Positions 30,012 through 40,166 of a stretch of 64,000 nucleotides of DNA are shown here, one piece after another; position 1 is the first letter of the stretch; each line of letters starts with the position of its first letter. The notes beneath the pieces were generated by a model. The model had not been told where the DNA came from and did not search any database. It worked only from the letters and a program-made list of their open reading frames with translations. The stretch lies in NCBI GenBank assembly GCA_040755995.1, contig JBFMAF010000008.1, positions 192,001 to 256,000 on the forward strand, read 5' to 3'. The position numbers and the translations under genes are program-made. The DNA is from Acidobacteriota bacterium (lineage in GTDB: Bacteria > Acidobacteriota > CAIWXX01).

Positions 30012-30392
30012 GTGAGTGTGGACATAGTTCTGAAGAATGCAGGCAGATGGACGAGGTTGGTGATTTGCCTGGTCGGGTTTTCCGCCTCGTCGGCGTTCGC
30101 GAAGGTTGACGTCAAGGAGCAGCTGGCGTTCGGAAACAAGGCGGCGCTGCAGGATCTTTGGAACGAGGCGAAGTTCCGGTGGCTGAAGGTTCTGCAGGTC
30201 GATCCCGGCAACGGCGCCGCTCACAACAACCTCGGGGTGGCGTTCGAGAAGGAAGGCAAGATGGAGGCGGCGGTGGAGGAATACCGGAAGGCGGTGAAGG
30301 CTCTGCCGGGCAACTCGTACGCGCAGAAGAACTTGCAACGCTGCCAGGAACTGCTGAAGACCGCCCAAGGAGCGAAGGAGGAGAAGAAATGA
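30012..30392 (+). CDS. Small secreted TPR protein
   Basis: Signal peptide; 'AAHNNLGVAFEKEGK..AAVEEYRKA'. Start is uncertain. Confidence 0.8.
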   Translation: MSVDIVLKNAGRWTRLVICLVGFSASSAFAKVDVKEQLAFGNKAALQDLWNEAKFRWLKVLQVDPGNGAAHNNLGVAFEKEGKMEAAVEEYRKAVKALPGNSYAQKNLQRCQELLKTAQGAKEEKK

Positions 30393-31045
30393 GGTCGCTG
30401 GCATTGCTTCTTTTTGCCGCGGCGGCGGCCTTTGCCGGTGAGACAGAAGTGATGATACACGTGCCGGTGAATCCTCGCATCGACATGTCGAAATACGATT
30501 CCATACTGGTGATGAACTTTGTCACTTCCGGATCGAGTTATGAGAAGTTCGACGTGAACCAGGAGACCGTCAAGTTCCTGCGGAACGAGTTGAAGGCGCG
30601 GTCGACTGTGAAGGTCTTGGACCCGATGGAGGCGCCCATCGTCGAAGGCGCTGCCGACACGGTGTTCCAGGACGCGAGCTACTGGCAGCACGTCGGTGCG
30701 CTCTACCCGGGCGCGCTGATCGTTTCGGGGCGCTTGGGGCTGAAGGTGGAACAGCGGTCGGGGTTCACGACCGAGGAGGTTATCTCACCGACGACCGGCC
30801 TGCCCGTCCGCGTGCAGCGTTTCAAGGAGGGCAGGTATTTCGTACTCGAGATGGATGCGTACTTCATCGAGGGCTCGACGGGGACGCCGGTGTTGCAGGA
30901 GACCTTTCGCGAGGAGCTCCTGCACGACAATCCCGACCAGCCCGCGCTGTACGGCTACTACGACCTGATGGATCGAATCCTCCCGCGTTTTCTGAGCGCC
31001 GTGATTTCACAGAAATACGTTGAAACGAGGTATCTTCTAGACTGA
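30389..31045 (+). CDS. Secreted hypothetical protein (possible CsgG/TolB-N-like alpha/beta fold)
   Basis: Signal peptide MRSLALLLFAAAAAFA; ATGA overlap with the TPR gene. Confidence 0.7.
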   Translation: MRSLALLLFAAAAAFAGETEVMIHVPVNPRIDMSKYDSILVMNFVTSGSSYEKFDVNQETVKFLRNELKARSTVKVLDPMEAPIVEGAADTVFQDASYWQHVGALYPGALIVSGRLGLKVEQRSGFTTEEVISPTTGLPVRVQRFKEGRYFVLEMDAYFIEGSTGTPVLQETFREELLHDNPDQPALYGYYDLMDRILPRFLSAVISQKYVETRYLLD

Positions 31046-31195
31046 GCCCGGCGCACCGATAGCGAGGACTGTTCAGTATCGTGACATGCGAGAAAAGGAG
31101 AAGACGGCGGTTCTCGGGGCCTGCCGCGGCCGGCCGTTGGACGCCGGCCGCGCGGCTCCCGTGATTTCCGAGGATCGCCTGCTGATGCCAGGGAG

Positions 31196-34084
31196 ATGGA
31201 GGACATGATGAAGAAGCGCGTTGTTTTGGTGTTGTTGGCAGCGCTGGTGGCCTCACCTGCCGCCGCGCAGTATTACGGGAAGAACAAAGTTCAATATGAT
31301 GTATTCCACTGGGACGTGTATCACTCGCCGCATTTCGACATCTACTTCTACCCCGAGGAGCGGATGCACCTGGAGCGCATGGCGAGCTTCGCAGAGTCGG
31401 GCTATCTCAAGGTAAGCAGCGATCTCAAGCACCAGATCCCCTTCGCGATCCCGCTGATCTTCTACAAGACGCATTCGGAGTTCGAGCAGACTCACCTGTT
31501 TCCGGACTTCGTGCCGGAAGGGGTTCTGGCGTTTGCAGAATCGGTTCAGAACCGGATGGTGATGCCCATCGACCTCCCTGCCGACGAGCTGCAGAATCTC
31601 ATCACCCATGAGCTCACGCACATTTTCGAGTATTCGATTCTCTACGGAGGGTTGAGCTCGCCGCTCGTCCAGCTGCGCTCGCCGCCCGACTGGGTGATGG
31701 AGGGGTTCGCCGATTTCGAGGTTGGCGAATGGGACCTCTCGTCCGAGATGACCATCCGGGATATGACAATCACCGACAGACTCCCGACCATCGGCAAGGA
31801 CGGGCAGTTCAAGGAAGAACAGTCCTCGGTGCGCGCGCCGTACGACATTGGCCACGCGATCTTCGATTTCATGGAGAGTCGCTGGGGAATGGACGGGATA
31901 CGCCAGTTCTGGTGGTCCCTGAAGAAGGGGTCGGTGATCGGCAAGAGCACTTTGTTCGAAGATGCGCTGAAGACCAAGGCCAGCGATTTCGATCAGGATT
32001 TCAAGAAGTACATGCGGGATCGATTCAAGGACTACCGCGAGAAGGAGATACCGGTTGACTACGGCAGGGACATCTCGCCGCAGGGGAAGCTCTTCTCGGT
32101 GTTCGCGATGGAGCTCTCGCCATCCGGCGATCTCATCGCCGCTCTGACCGGCAACCGCGCCGACGCCGAGCTGGACCTGGTGTTGATCTCCGCGCGCGAC
32201 GGCAGAATCATCAAGAACCTGACCAAGGGGTACACGACCCGCTACCAGGCGATTCACTACCAGTACGACCCCGCGAAGGGCGACGCCATCGCCTGGTCGC
32301 GAGACGGCGACAACATCGCCTTCCTTGCCCGCACCGGCAAACGGAGGTCGATATTCCTGATCAAGGTGACCACGGGCAAGATCGAGAGGAAGCTCCCATT
32401 GACCATCGACGAGGCCACTTCTCCCGTGTTCTACCCTGACGGCAGCGCCCTCCTCGTGTCAGGGCTGCAGGACGGGGTCGCGGATCTTTTCAAGATCTCT
32501 CTTGCCGACGGGTCCGTCACGAAGGTGACGGACAATCGGCTGGTGGATCGAAATCCCACCATCTCGCCTGACGGTCGCTGGCTGGCGTTCACCGTGCGCG
32601 TCGGCAAGTATGACAAGCTCTTTGTTGCCCCTCTTGATTCACCGCACGCCGCCGAGCAGAAGACATGGGGCGACGGAAACGACGTCAACCCGACGTTTTC
32701 GCGGGATTCGACTCGCATCTACTACTCGTCCTCTGCGCCCGACGGGATCTACAACATCTACACCCTCGACCTCGCCTCGGGCGTCCGGGAGCAGTGGACC
32801 GACGTCCTCGGAGGCAACTTCTTCCCGACACCGGTGCCCGGCGAAAAGGAGCGTGTTCTCTTCACTTCGTACTACCGCGGGGAGTTCGGCCTCTACTCGG
32901 TTGAATTGAAGAAGCCGATCTCCACGCTCGAACCGGAGGCCCCGCAGCAGCCGACGATTCCTGAGGAATTCAAACCGGCCGTGGCACATACTCTGCAGCC
33001 GGCGAGCCTCCACGAGCGAGACAAGTTCAAGCTGCTGGTGGCCGGACAGCTGCCTCTCAACATCGGCGTGGCCACCGACGGGACCTTCTTCGGCGGGACC
33101 GCCGTCTCCTTCACCGACATGCTCGGGGACCACAACTTCAGCCTCATCGCATACTACCTGCGCGAGTTCCGTTCGACCATCTTCACGTACACGAACCTGC
33201 GCCGGCGTCTGCAGTACCAGCTCCGAGGATTCGACTTGACCAATTTCTTCTACGCCAGCTCTCAGTATCTCGACCCCCGCAGTGCGGGCGCATACGAGAG
33301 TACCATCTCCGAGACCTATCGCGGCGGGAGAGCCGACCTGTACTACCCCCTGGATCTGTACCGCCGGCTGGAGGCCGGTGCGGGTTTCATGCGCTACAGC
33401 CGCGACCTGGTCAGCGGCTACATCTCCCCCAGCGGCGGTCTCTTCGACACCGATAGTGTGCAGCTGTTCGCGACTTTTTATGCACCCATCTACGCCGGAT
33501 TCACGCAGGAGACAACCCGGTACAAGCAATACGGCCCGATCGATGGCAACACGCTCCATGTGGAGTACGAGTACGCGCCGGGCAACGGCGACTCATTCAC
33601 CGATCGGAGGACCGTCTACGTGGACGCCAGGAAGTACCTGCGGATCTCCACCGACACGCTCCTTGCCACGCGCTTCTTCGGCTTCCAGAGCGGCGGCAAG
33701 AACCCAGCCGTGTTCTACATGGGAGGCAACAACACGCTGCGCGGAGTCGAGTACGACAGGCTCATCGGCGACCGCGGCTTCTTCCTGAACGCCGAGCTCC
33801 GCTTCCCGTTCATCAACCTGCTCTCCTCTCCCATCGGCGTCATCGGGCCGCTCCGCGGCCTGCTGTTCTGGGACCTGGGCTACGCCCGGTTCAAGGGAGA
33901 CAAGAAGAAGTTCTCGAGCTCGGACGGCGGATTCCACCTGGTGGACGGCGAGAGCTCCTTCGGCGGCGGCCTGCAGATCTTCCTGTTCGCCTACCCGTTC
34001 CACCTCGACTTCGTGAGGCGAACCGACTACCAGCAGGTCTTCTCCGGCACGGATGTGCGCTTCTGGATCGGGTACGATTTTTAG
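31196..34084 (+). CDS. Zn-peptidase-like (HEXXH) + PD40/TolB beta-propeller + Omp85/BamA-type barrel
   Basis: 'THELTH'...'WVMEG'; 'SPSGD', 'SPDGRW' and 'PTFSRD' repeats; 'TLRG..Y', 'NAELRFP', terminal 'IGYDF'. Confidence 0.85.
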   Translation: MEDMMKKRVVLVLLAALVASPAAAQYYGKNKVQYDVFHWDVYHSPHFDIYFYPEERMHLERMASFAESGYLKVSSDLKHQIPFAIPLIFYKTHSEFEQTHLFPDFVPEGVLAFAESVQNRMVMPIDLPADELQNLITHELTHIFEYSILYGGLSSPLVQLRSPPDWVMEGFADFEVGEWDLSSEMTIRDMTITDRLPTIGKDGQFKEEQSSVRAPYDIGHAIFDFMESRWGMDGIRQFWWSLKKGSVIGKSTLFEDALKTKASDFDQDFKKYMRDRFKDYREKEIPVDYGRDISPQGKLFSVFAMELSPSGDLIAALTGNRADAELDLVLISARDGRIIKNLTKGYTTRYQAIHYQYDPAKGDAIAWSRDGDNIAFLARTGKRRSIFLIKVTTGKIERKLPLTIDEATSPVFYPDGSALLVSGLQDGVADLFKISLADGSVTKVTDNRLVDRNPTISPDGRWLAFTVRVGKYDKLFVAPLDSPHAAEQKTWGDGNDVNPTFSRDSTRIYYSSSAPDGIYNIYTLDLASGVREQWTDVLGGNFFPTPVPGEKERVLFTSYYRGEFGLYSVELKKPISTLEPEAPQQPTIPEEFKPAVAHTLQPASLHERDKFKLLVAGQLPLNIGVATDGTFFGGTAVSFTDMLGDHNFSLIAYYLREFRSTIFTYTNLRRRLQYQLRGFDLTNFFYASSQYLDPRSAGAYESTISETYRGGRADLYYPLDLYRRLEAGAGFMRYSRDLVSGYISPSGGLFDTDSVQLFATFYAPIYAGFTQETTRYKQYGPIDGNTLHVEYEYAPGNGDSFTDRRTVYVDARKYLRISTDTLLATRFFGFQSGGKNPAVFYMGGNNTLRGVEYDRLIGDRGFFLNAELRFPFINLLSSPIGVIGPLRGLLFWDLGYARFKGDKKKFSSSDGGFHLVDGESSFGGGLQIFLFAYPFHLDFVRRTDYQQVFSGTDVRFWIGYDF

Positions 34085-34193
34085 CGAGGCGCGGCCTCGG
34101 ACCGAAATGCATTTCTCGCCGTGCCCGGGCCGTAGGCCGGTTCCCGTACGCGTACCCGATCGGGAACGGGTACGGGAAGGGGTACGGGCACGG
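34084..34193. repeat. Partial hairpin element plus long inverted repeat built from CCCGTA/TACGGG hexamers
   Basis: 34084-34105 matches 8162-8183 at 21/22 nt; ccgtgccc..ttcccgtac..gtacgggaa..gggcacgg. Confidence 0.6.
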
Positions 34194-34263
34194 ACCCAGG
34201 TTCGTACCGACGGCGCGTGGCTTCCGAAGGGCACGAATCGCACCGGCCCTCACGCGTAGCGTG

Positions 34264-35598
34264 ATGGAACGCTTCACCTGCGACTGGGCATTCAAGACGC
34301 TGGTCGTCCTCTGCGACGGGAAGGTGGTCTGCGGCTGCGCGGATCCCCGCGGAGAGCGCCCTGTCGGAGATCTCACGACCGACAGCGTGGCCGATGTCTG
34401 GAACGGGCCGGTTCTCTCCGAGGTCCGCGATGGTTTGCGGCGCGGGCACGCGCCGTTCTGTCTCAACTGCGGCATTCGGCGGCCGCTGCTTCCCGATGAG
34501 CCCGTTCCCCAGATGGAGGCCCCTCCGATGCCGCAACGCGCCTTCATCGAACCCGCCGTGACCTGCAACATCTCCTGCTACCGGGCTCACTGCAGCCGCG
34601 AGGCGAAGCTGGCGCTCACGCGCCGCCAGTCCACGATGGACATGGCGACCTTCACGGGAATCATGCAGCAGATGGGCGAGAGCCTGCACAGGCTGGAGCT
34701 GTTCAACTACGGCGAGACTTTCGTCAACGCCGGCGCTATCGACATGATCCGGATGGTCAAGCAACGCTGGCCGCACGTGTACTTGTTCGTATCCACCAAC
34801 GGGCTGCTCCTCGACGCCCCGGACAAGATAGCGGGGCTGGTGGAGTCCGGAGCGGACGAGATCACATTCTCGATCGACGGCTCCAGCCCCGCGGTCTACG
34901 AGAGGTACAGACGTGGTGGCGATTTCAACAGGGCCATCAAGAATATGGGAGCGCTCGTGGCAGCTCGGAACGCGGCCGGGCGCGAGTCGCCGATCGTGAA
35001 CTGGCGATACATACTGTTCAACTGGAACGACAGCGACGAAGAGATGAACGGGGCGCGGCGAATGGCAATGTGCCTCGGAGTAGATCGACTGTGCTGGGAG
35101 ATCACGGACCACCCGCCGGGATGCGCAAGCACACGTTACGCGCCCGGCACCTCGGACTACGATCGGATTCGCCATGAGATCTGGGGGGAGAGCGGCCTTG
35201 CGAACGCGCTGCCTGACCGCCGCATGATGGCCTATATCAGGCCGCCCTGGCGGCCTCTCCGCCTCGAAGCGGGCAGGCCCGTGACGCTCTGGATCAAGGT
35301 ACGGAATGTCGGAACGCGCCCATGGCCGAATGTTACGCCGACCGGATCCCGGTTCGTGCGCCTCGGCGCACAGCTGCTGGATCATCAGCGAAGCCTTCTG
35401 GATCGTGACTTCGCACGGGCGTTCCTGCCGTCGGTTGTCAAGCCGGCGGAGACGGTGCCGATTCCTCTCACACTCACCCCGCCGCCCGCGCCAGGCCAGT
35501 ATGTCCTCAAGTTCGACATGGTTTGCGAAGGAGTCGGTTGGTTTGAAGATGGCGGCTCCGGGGTTCGCTTCAAGAACATGCGTGTGAAGTCACCTTGA
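34264..35598 (+). CDS. Radical SAM protein with N-terminal SPASM/Twitch-like domain and C-terminal Ig-like domain
   Basis: N-terminal C..'DGKVVCGC'..'GDL..DSVADVWNG'..'CLNC'; core 'CNISCYRAHC', 'NYGE', 'STNG', 'FSIDG'; C-terminal 'VRNVGTRPW..PGQYVLKFDMV.EGVGWF'. Confidence 0.82.
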   Translation: MERFTCDWAFKTLVVLCDGKVVCGCADPRGERPVGDLTTDSVADVWNGPVLSEVRDGLRRGHAPFCLNCGIRRPLLPDEPVPQMEAPPMPQRAFIEPAVTCNISCYRAHCSREAKLALTRRQSTMDMATFTGIMQQMGESLHRLELFNYGETFVNAGAIDMIRMVKQRWPHVYLFVSTNGLLLDAPDKIAGLVESGADEITFSIDGSSPAVYERYRRGGDFNRAIKNMGALVAARNAAGRESPIVNWRYILFNWNDSDEEMNGARRMAMCLGVDRLCWEITDHPPGCASTRYAPGTSDYDRIRHEIWGESGLANALPDRRMMAYIRPPWRPLRLEAGRPVTLWIKVRNVGTRPWPNVTPTGSRFVRLGAQLLDHQRSLLDRDFARAFLPSVVKPAETVPIPLTLTPPPAPGQYVLKFDMVCEGVGWFEDGGSGVRFKNMRVKSP

Positions 35599-35665
35599 CC
35601 TTTGATATGATAGGCGGGTTGGTTCGAATGACCGGTGCCATAGAGAAATAAGCAGGAGGAAGATC

Positions 35666-37123
35666 ATGCAGTCAGCCATCGAAGGGTTGAAACCGGAGCC
35701 CGTGTGGAGGTATTTTGCCGAAATATCGCGCATTCCCAGGGGGTCGAAGAACGAAGCGGCTGTCGCCCAGTACGTGATGGACACTGCCAAGCGCCTCGGC
35801 CTTGAAGCGAAGCAGGACGCTTCCGGAAACGTCCTGGTGAAGAAGCCCGCATCGCCGGGCCGCGAGAGCGTTCCATCGGTGGCGCTGCAGGGACACCTCG
35901 ACATGGTCTGCGAGAAGAATGCAGACAAGGACCACGATTTCATGAAAGATCCCATCGAGCTGGTCCGGAAGGACAGAGTGCTGATGGCCAACGGGACTAC
36001 CCTCGGTGCCGACAACGGCACAGGCGTGGCCACCGCTCTCGCCATCATGGAAGATCGGTCGCTGGTGCACGGGCCGTTGGAGTTCTTGTTTACCGTGGAC
36101 GAAGAGACGGGTCTCACGGGCGCGGCGAACCTCGAGCCCGGTTTCCTGGACAGCCGCATACTCCTCAATCTCGACACCGAGGAAGAAGGCGCCCTCTACA
36201 TCGGATGTTCGGGCGGTGTCGATACCCTGGGTACCTGGAAGGCCGACTACAAGGACGCTCCCTCCGGCCATGTGACCGCGCAACTCAAGGTTGCGGGCCT
36301 GCGCGGCGGGCACTCCGGCCTCGACATCGACAAGGGGCGCGGGAACGCGATAAAGATCCTCACACGGGTTCTGCTGGCGCTCGATGCTCTCGGCGCCCGG
36401 ATCGCCTCCGTCTCGGCCGGCAGCAAGCACAATGCCATCCCGCGCGAAGCCGACGCGGTCGTCCTCATTCCGAAGAAGATGATCGACGAGGCCACGAACA
36501 CAGTGCAGCAGCTTGCCACGACACTCCGCGCTGAAGTGGCGACCGTCGATCCCGACCTTGTCGTAAGCCTGGAGAAAGTGAAGGGCAAGCGCAAGGCGGC
36601 GGTGCTCAAGAAAGGCCTCCAGAGGAAGCTCCTGCAGACGCTTTCCGCGATGCCTCACGGTGTAGTGAAGATGAGCGCCGAGATCTCGGGGCTGGTCGAG
36701 ACATCGACCAACCTGGCTGTCATCAACACGACGAAGAAATCGATATCGATGGTGACGAGCCAGCGCAGCTCGGCAGCCTCGGAGATCCAGGAGATCGCGC
36801 AGACAGTGGCATCGGTGCTCGAGCTTGGCGGGGCCGAAATCGGCAGTACGCACAGCTATCCAGGATGGAAGCCGAATCCCGATTCGGCTATTGTAAAGCT
36901 GTCGAGATCCACCTACGCGTCGATGTACGGAAGAGAGCCACTGGTCAAGGCCGTGCACGCGGGGCTGGAGTGCGGGCTCCTCGGCGAGAAGTATCCCGCG
37001 ATGGACATGGTCTCGATCGGACCGACTCTGGAAGCCGTTCACTCGCCGGACGAGAAGATCTACATCGACACGGTCGAGAAGTTCTGGAACTTCCTCCTCG
37101 CGGTCCTGAGGAACGTCGGCTAG
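35666..37123 (+). CDS. pepD: Aminoacyl-histidine dipeptidase (M20C)
   Basis: 'LQGHLDMVCEK', 'TLGADNG', 'DEETG', 'GGHSG', 'HAGLECG', 'HSPDE'. Confidence 0.93.
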   Translation: MQSAIEGLKPEPVWRYFAEISRIPRGSKNEAAVAQYVMDTAKRLGLEAKQDASGNVLVKKPASPGRESVPSVALQGHLDMVCEKNADKDHDFMKDPIELVRKDRVLMANGTTLGADNGTGVATALAIMEDRSLVHGPLEFLFTVDEETGLTGAANLEPGFLDSRILLNLDTEEEGALYIGCSGGVDTLGTWKADYKDAPSGHVTAQLKVAGLRGGHSGLDIDKGRGNAIKILTRVLLALDALGARIASVSAGSKHNAIPREADAVVLIPKKMIDEATNTVQQLATTLRAEVATVDPDLVVSLEKVKGKRKAAVLKKGLQRKLLQTLSAMPHGVVKMSAEISGLVETSTNLAVINTTKKSISMVTSQRSSAASEIQEIAQTVASVLELGGAEIGSTHSYPGWKPNPDSAIVKLSRSTYASMYGREPLVKAVHAGLECGLLGEKYPAMDMVSIGPTLEAVHSPDEKIYIDTVEKFWNFLLAVLRNVG

Positions 37124-37174
37124 GGAGGCCGGGCCTCGGACCGCCAGAGAAGGGGGATCGACCGAGGTGCCTGT

Positions 37175-37260
37175 GCCGCCCCTACGGGGCTCGCATCCGT
37201 CCGTCATCGTTCCAGGGGCTTGCGCCCCTGGCTACCTTCCGCCGCCCCTACGGGGCTCGC
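37175..37260. repeat. REP-like composite: two 20-bp direct repeats flanking a hairpin
   Basis: GCCGCCCCTACGGGGCTCGC at 37175 and 37241; CCAGGGGC-TTGC-GCCCCTGG at 37212-37231. Confidence 0.75.
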
Positions 37261-37431
37261 GCGGAATGCGCGTACTCCGACTCCCCGCATGCGTGTGCGC
37301 ACGCACGCGTCCACGCACGCGTCCGGTTTCTTGACAGCGCACAGACGCTATGCGAGTATTCAGTCTTTGTTTGAGGAGCGGTGACGGATCGTCACGCTCG
37401 GCATAGGAACCCATCGCAGGAGGGAATCGGA

Positions 37432-38478
37432 ATGGTCGGAATCGTAGGATACGGCGCCTACATCCCGCGTAACAGGATCAAGGTGGAGGAAATCGCCAAG
37501 ATCTGGGGGGCTGATGCCCCAAGCTACAAGCGCGGGCTGGGGCTCGAAGAGAAATCTGTGCCATCACCGGATCAGGACACCATCACGATGTCGGTGGAGG
37601 CTTCCAAGTACGCGCTCAAGAGGGCAAGGATCAATCCCCTTGACATCGGTGCTGTGTATGTCGGATCGGAGTCGCACCCATATGCGGTGAAGCCGTCGGG
37701 CACCGTGCTGGCCGAGGCCATCGGTGCGACCCCCGAGGTGCACACGGCGAGCTTCGAGTTCGCGTGCAAGGCCGGCACGGAGGCCATGTTTGTGTGCATC
37801 GGCCTGGTCGAGTCGGGGCGGATCAAGTACGGCCTGGCGGTCGGCGCGGACACCTCCCAGGGCGCTCCGGGCGACGCCCTCGAATACTCGACGGCGGCCG
37901 GCGCGGCTGCGTTCATCTTCGGCAGAGACAACGTGCTGGCCGAGATCAACGAGACATACGCGTTCATGACCGACACGCCCGACTTCTGGCGCAGAGAATA
38001 CGAGCACTACCCGCGCCACGCGGGGCGTTTCACGGGCGAGCCGGCCTACTTCAAGCACGTCCTCGGTGCGGCCACCGGGATCATGAAGAAGAGCGGCATG
38101 ACGCCCAAGGACTTCGACTACGTGATCTTCCACCAGCCGAACGGCAAGTTCCCGCTGAACGCAGCCAAGCAGCTGGGATTCCAGAAGGAGCAGGTCGAGA
38201 CCGGGCGCCTGGTGCCCAAACTGGGCAACACCTACTCCGGGTCCTCCCCCATCGGACTGACCGCGGTTCTGGACGTCGCCAGGCCCGGGAACAAGATCCT
38301 GCTGGTTTCGTACGGATCGGGAGCCGGCAGCGACGGGTTCATCTTCACAGTGACGGACAGGATTCTCGGTGTGCAGAACCTGGCTGTGAAAACCCGCGAG
38401 ATGCTCGACAACAACAAGGTGTACATCGACTACGGTACGTACGCCAAGTACCGCGGGAAGATCCGCAAGGCGGAGTGA
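37432..38478 (+). CDS. Hydroxymethylglutaryl-CoA synthase, archaeal type
   Basis: '[11 protein letters not shown]', catalytic 'EFACKAGT', 'HQPNGKFP', 'GNTYSG', 'SYGSGAGSD'; ~348 aa. Confidence 0.9.
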   Translation: MVGIVGYGAYIPRNRIKVEEIAKIWGADAPSYKRGLGLEEKSVPSPDQDTITMSVEASKYALKRARINPLDIGAVYVGSESHPYAVKPSGTVLAEAIGATPEVHTASFEFACKAGTEAMFVCIGLVESGRIKYGLAVGADTSQGAPGDALEYSTAAGAAAFIFGRDNVLAEINETYAFMTDTPDFWRREYEHYPRHAGRFTGEPAYFKHVLGAATGIMKKSGMTPKDFDYVIFHQPNGKFPLNAAKQLGFQKEQVETGRLVPKLGNTYSGSSPIGLTAVLDVARPGNKILLVSYGSGAGSDGFIFTVTDRILGVQNLAVKTREMLDNNKVYIDYGTYAKYRGKIRKAE

Positions 38479-38495
38479 AGGACGGAGGAACAGGA

Positions 38496-39656
38496 ATGAG
38501 AGACGTAGCGGTAATCGGTGTAGGCCTTAACAAGAAATGGGGCGAGCTCTGGGAGATGCCCCTGCGGGATATCCTAGCCGAGGCGGCTCTGGCTGCAATC
38601 GACGATGCAGGCGTAGATCACATCGACTCGATGTACGTCGGCTGCATGTCCGGCGGGCTGTTCGTCGGGCAGGAGCACCTTGGCGCGATGATGGCCGACT
38701 ACATCGGCATGACTCCCGTTCCGGCCACGCGCGTCGAATCGGCGTGCTGTTCGGGCGGCACGGCAGTGCGGCAGGGCTACCTGGATGTGGCATCGGGTGC
38801 GAGCGACATAGTGCTGGCGGCCGGTGTCGAGAAAATGACCGACGTGAGCGGCGACGAAGCCACATACGCGCTCTCGACAGCCTCCGACATGGAGTACGAG
38901 GCATACCAGGGCATAACGTTCCCCGGGCTGTACGCGCTGATCGCGCGCGCGCACATGCATCAGTTCGGGACTACGCGCGAGCAGCTCGCGCACGTAGCGG
39001 TGAAGAATCACAGGCACGCCGCGAAGAATCCAGTGGCGCAGTATCCATTCGAGATCACAGTCCAGGGAGTCCTCGAGTCGACGCTCGTTGCCGACCCTTT
39101 GCACATCCTGGACTGCTCGCCCATAACTGACGGGGCCGCGGCCATCGTGCTGTGTTCGCTCGACATGGCCCGCAAGATCTGCAAGAAACCGCTGGTCAAG
39201 ATCATCGGGTCAGGGCAGGCCACGAGCACCATCGCGCTGCACTCGCGCTCCGACATGACCTGGTTCGAGTCCACAGCGAAGGCGGCGGAGAAGGCGTTCA
39301 AGATGGCAGGCAAGGGGCCTCGAGACATCCATGTCGCGGAGGTCCACGACTGCTTCACAATCGCCGAGATAGTCATCCTTGAGGCTCTGGGCTTCACCGA
39401 ACGCGGCAAGGGTGGGACGGCGGCCGAAAGCGGCATGACCGCACTCGGCGGCAGGATCCCGGTGAACACGAGCGGCGGCTTGAAGGGCAAGGGCCACCCG
39501 GTCGGAGCCACCGGCGTAGCGCAGGTCGTCGAAATCACCCGGCAGCTCCGCGGCGAGTCCGGCGAGCGTCAGGTGAAGGGGGCGCGGGTCGGCCTGACCC
39601 AGAACATGGGCGGGACCGGCGCCAGCACGGTGGTCCACATTTTGGAAGCTCAGTGA
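38496..39656 (+). CDS. Acetoacetyl-CoA thiolase, archaeal/SCP2-like type
   Basis: '[10 protein letters not shown]', '[11 protein letters not shown]', '[15 protein letters not shown]', 'QNMGG'. Confidence 0.9.
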   Translation: MRDVAVIGVGLNKKWGELWEMPLRDILAEAALAAIDDAGVDHIDSMYVGCMSGGLFVGQEHLGAMMADYIGMTPVPATRVESACCSGGTAVRQGYLDVASGASDIVLAAGVEKMTDVSGDEATYALSTASDMEYEAYQGITFPGLYALIARAHMHQFGTTREQLAHVAVKNHRHAAKNPVAQYPFEITVQGVLESTLVADPLHILDCSPITDGAAAIVLCSLDMARKICKKPLVKIIGSGQATSTIALHSRSDMTWFESTAKAAEKAFKMAGKGPRDIHVAEVHDCFTIAEIVILEALGFTERGKGGTAAESGMTALGGRIPVNTSGGLKGKGHPVGATGVAQVVEITRQLRGESGERQVKGARVGLTQNMGGTGASTVVHILEAQ

Positions 39657-39689
39657 ACTCCGGATACCTGGCCCAGAGGAGGATATAGC

Positions 39690-40082
39690 ATGGCAAATCC
39701 GGCAAAATACTGGAGAGAAATACCACAGCGATTTCGTCTGGAAGCGGCGAAGTGTGCCTCGTGCGGCAAGATCTTCTTCCCCCCGAGACTCATATGCGAC
39801 AAGTGCAAGTCGCGCCAGTTCGAGAAGGTCACGCTCAAAGACGAGGGCAAGGTCCTGACCTACACGATCATCCGAGTCGGGTCGAGCCAGTTCGCTGACC
39901 AGACCCCGTATGCCGTCGGGGTCATCGAGCTCGACGACGGCGTGAGGATCACGAGCCAGATCGTAGACTGCGATTTCGAGAAACTGACAATCGGGCAGCG
40001 CGTGAGAATAGAGTTCCGCAAGATCCAGAAGGTGGGAGCCGCCGGCATACTCTGCTACGGCTACAAGTGCGTGCCCGCCTGA
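39690..40082 (+). CDS. DUF35 Zn-ribbon/OB-fold protein (thiolase-HMGS scaffold)
   Basis: 'CASCG..FFPPRLICDKC' followed by an OB fold; adjacent to thiolase. Confidence 0.9.
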   Translation: MANPAKYWREIPQRFRLEAAKCASCGKIFFPPRLICDKCKSRQFEKVTLKDEGKVLTYTIIRVGSSQFADQTPYAVGVIELDDGVRITSQIVDCDFEKLTIGQRVRIEFRKIQKVGAAGILCYGYKCVPA

Positions 40083-40166
40083 TCGGGGAGCGCGCGCCAG
40101 AACACAGCTAATCGACATAGTCGGCTCCGACGGAGCCGGCACAATCCCGGCGAGACGCAGCTACTC

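Noticed and set aside
37764..38495. N-terminal extensions in the ORF track (thiolase 630 aa, M16 partner 707 aa, porin 444 aa, GH15 637 aa) suggesting fusions
   Set aside because: Most overlap the upstream gene in another frame. Better internal starts are at 38496, 59302, 5198 and 11948.
37432..40082. PhlABC/DAPG or polyketide beta-branching cassette
   Set aside because: No type III PKS, ACP or KS gene nearby, and the HMGS keeps its catalytic Cys and archaeal-type motifs.
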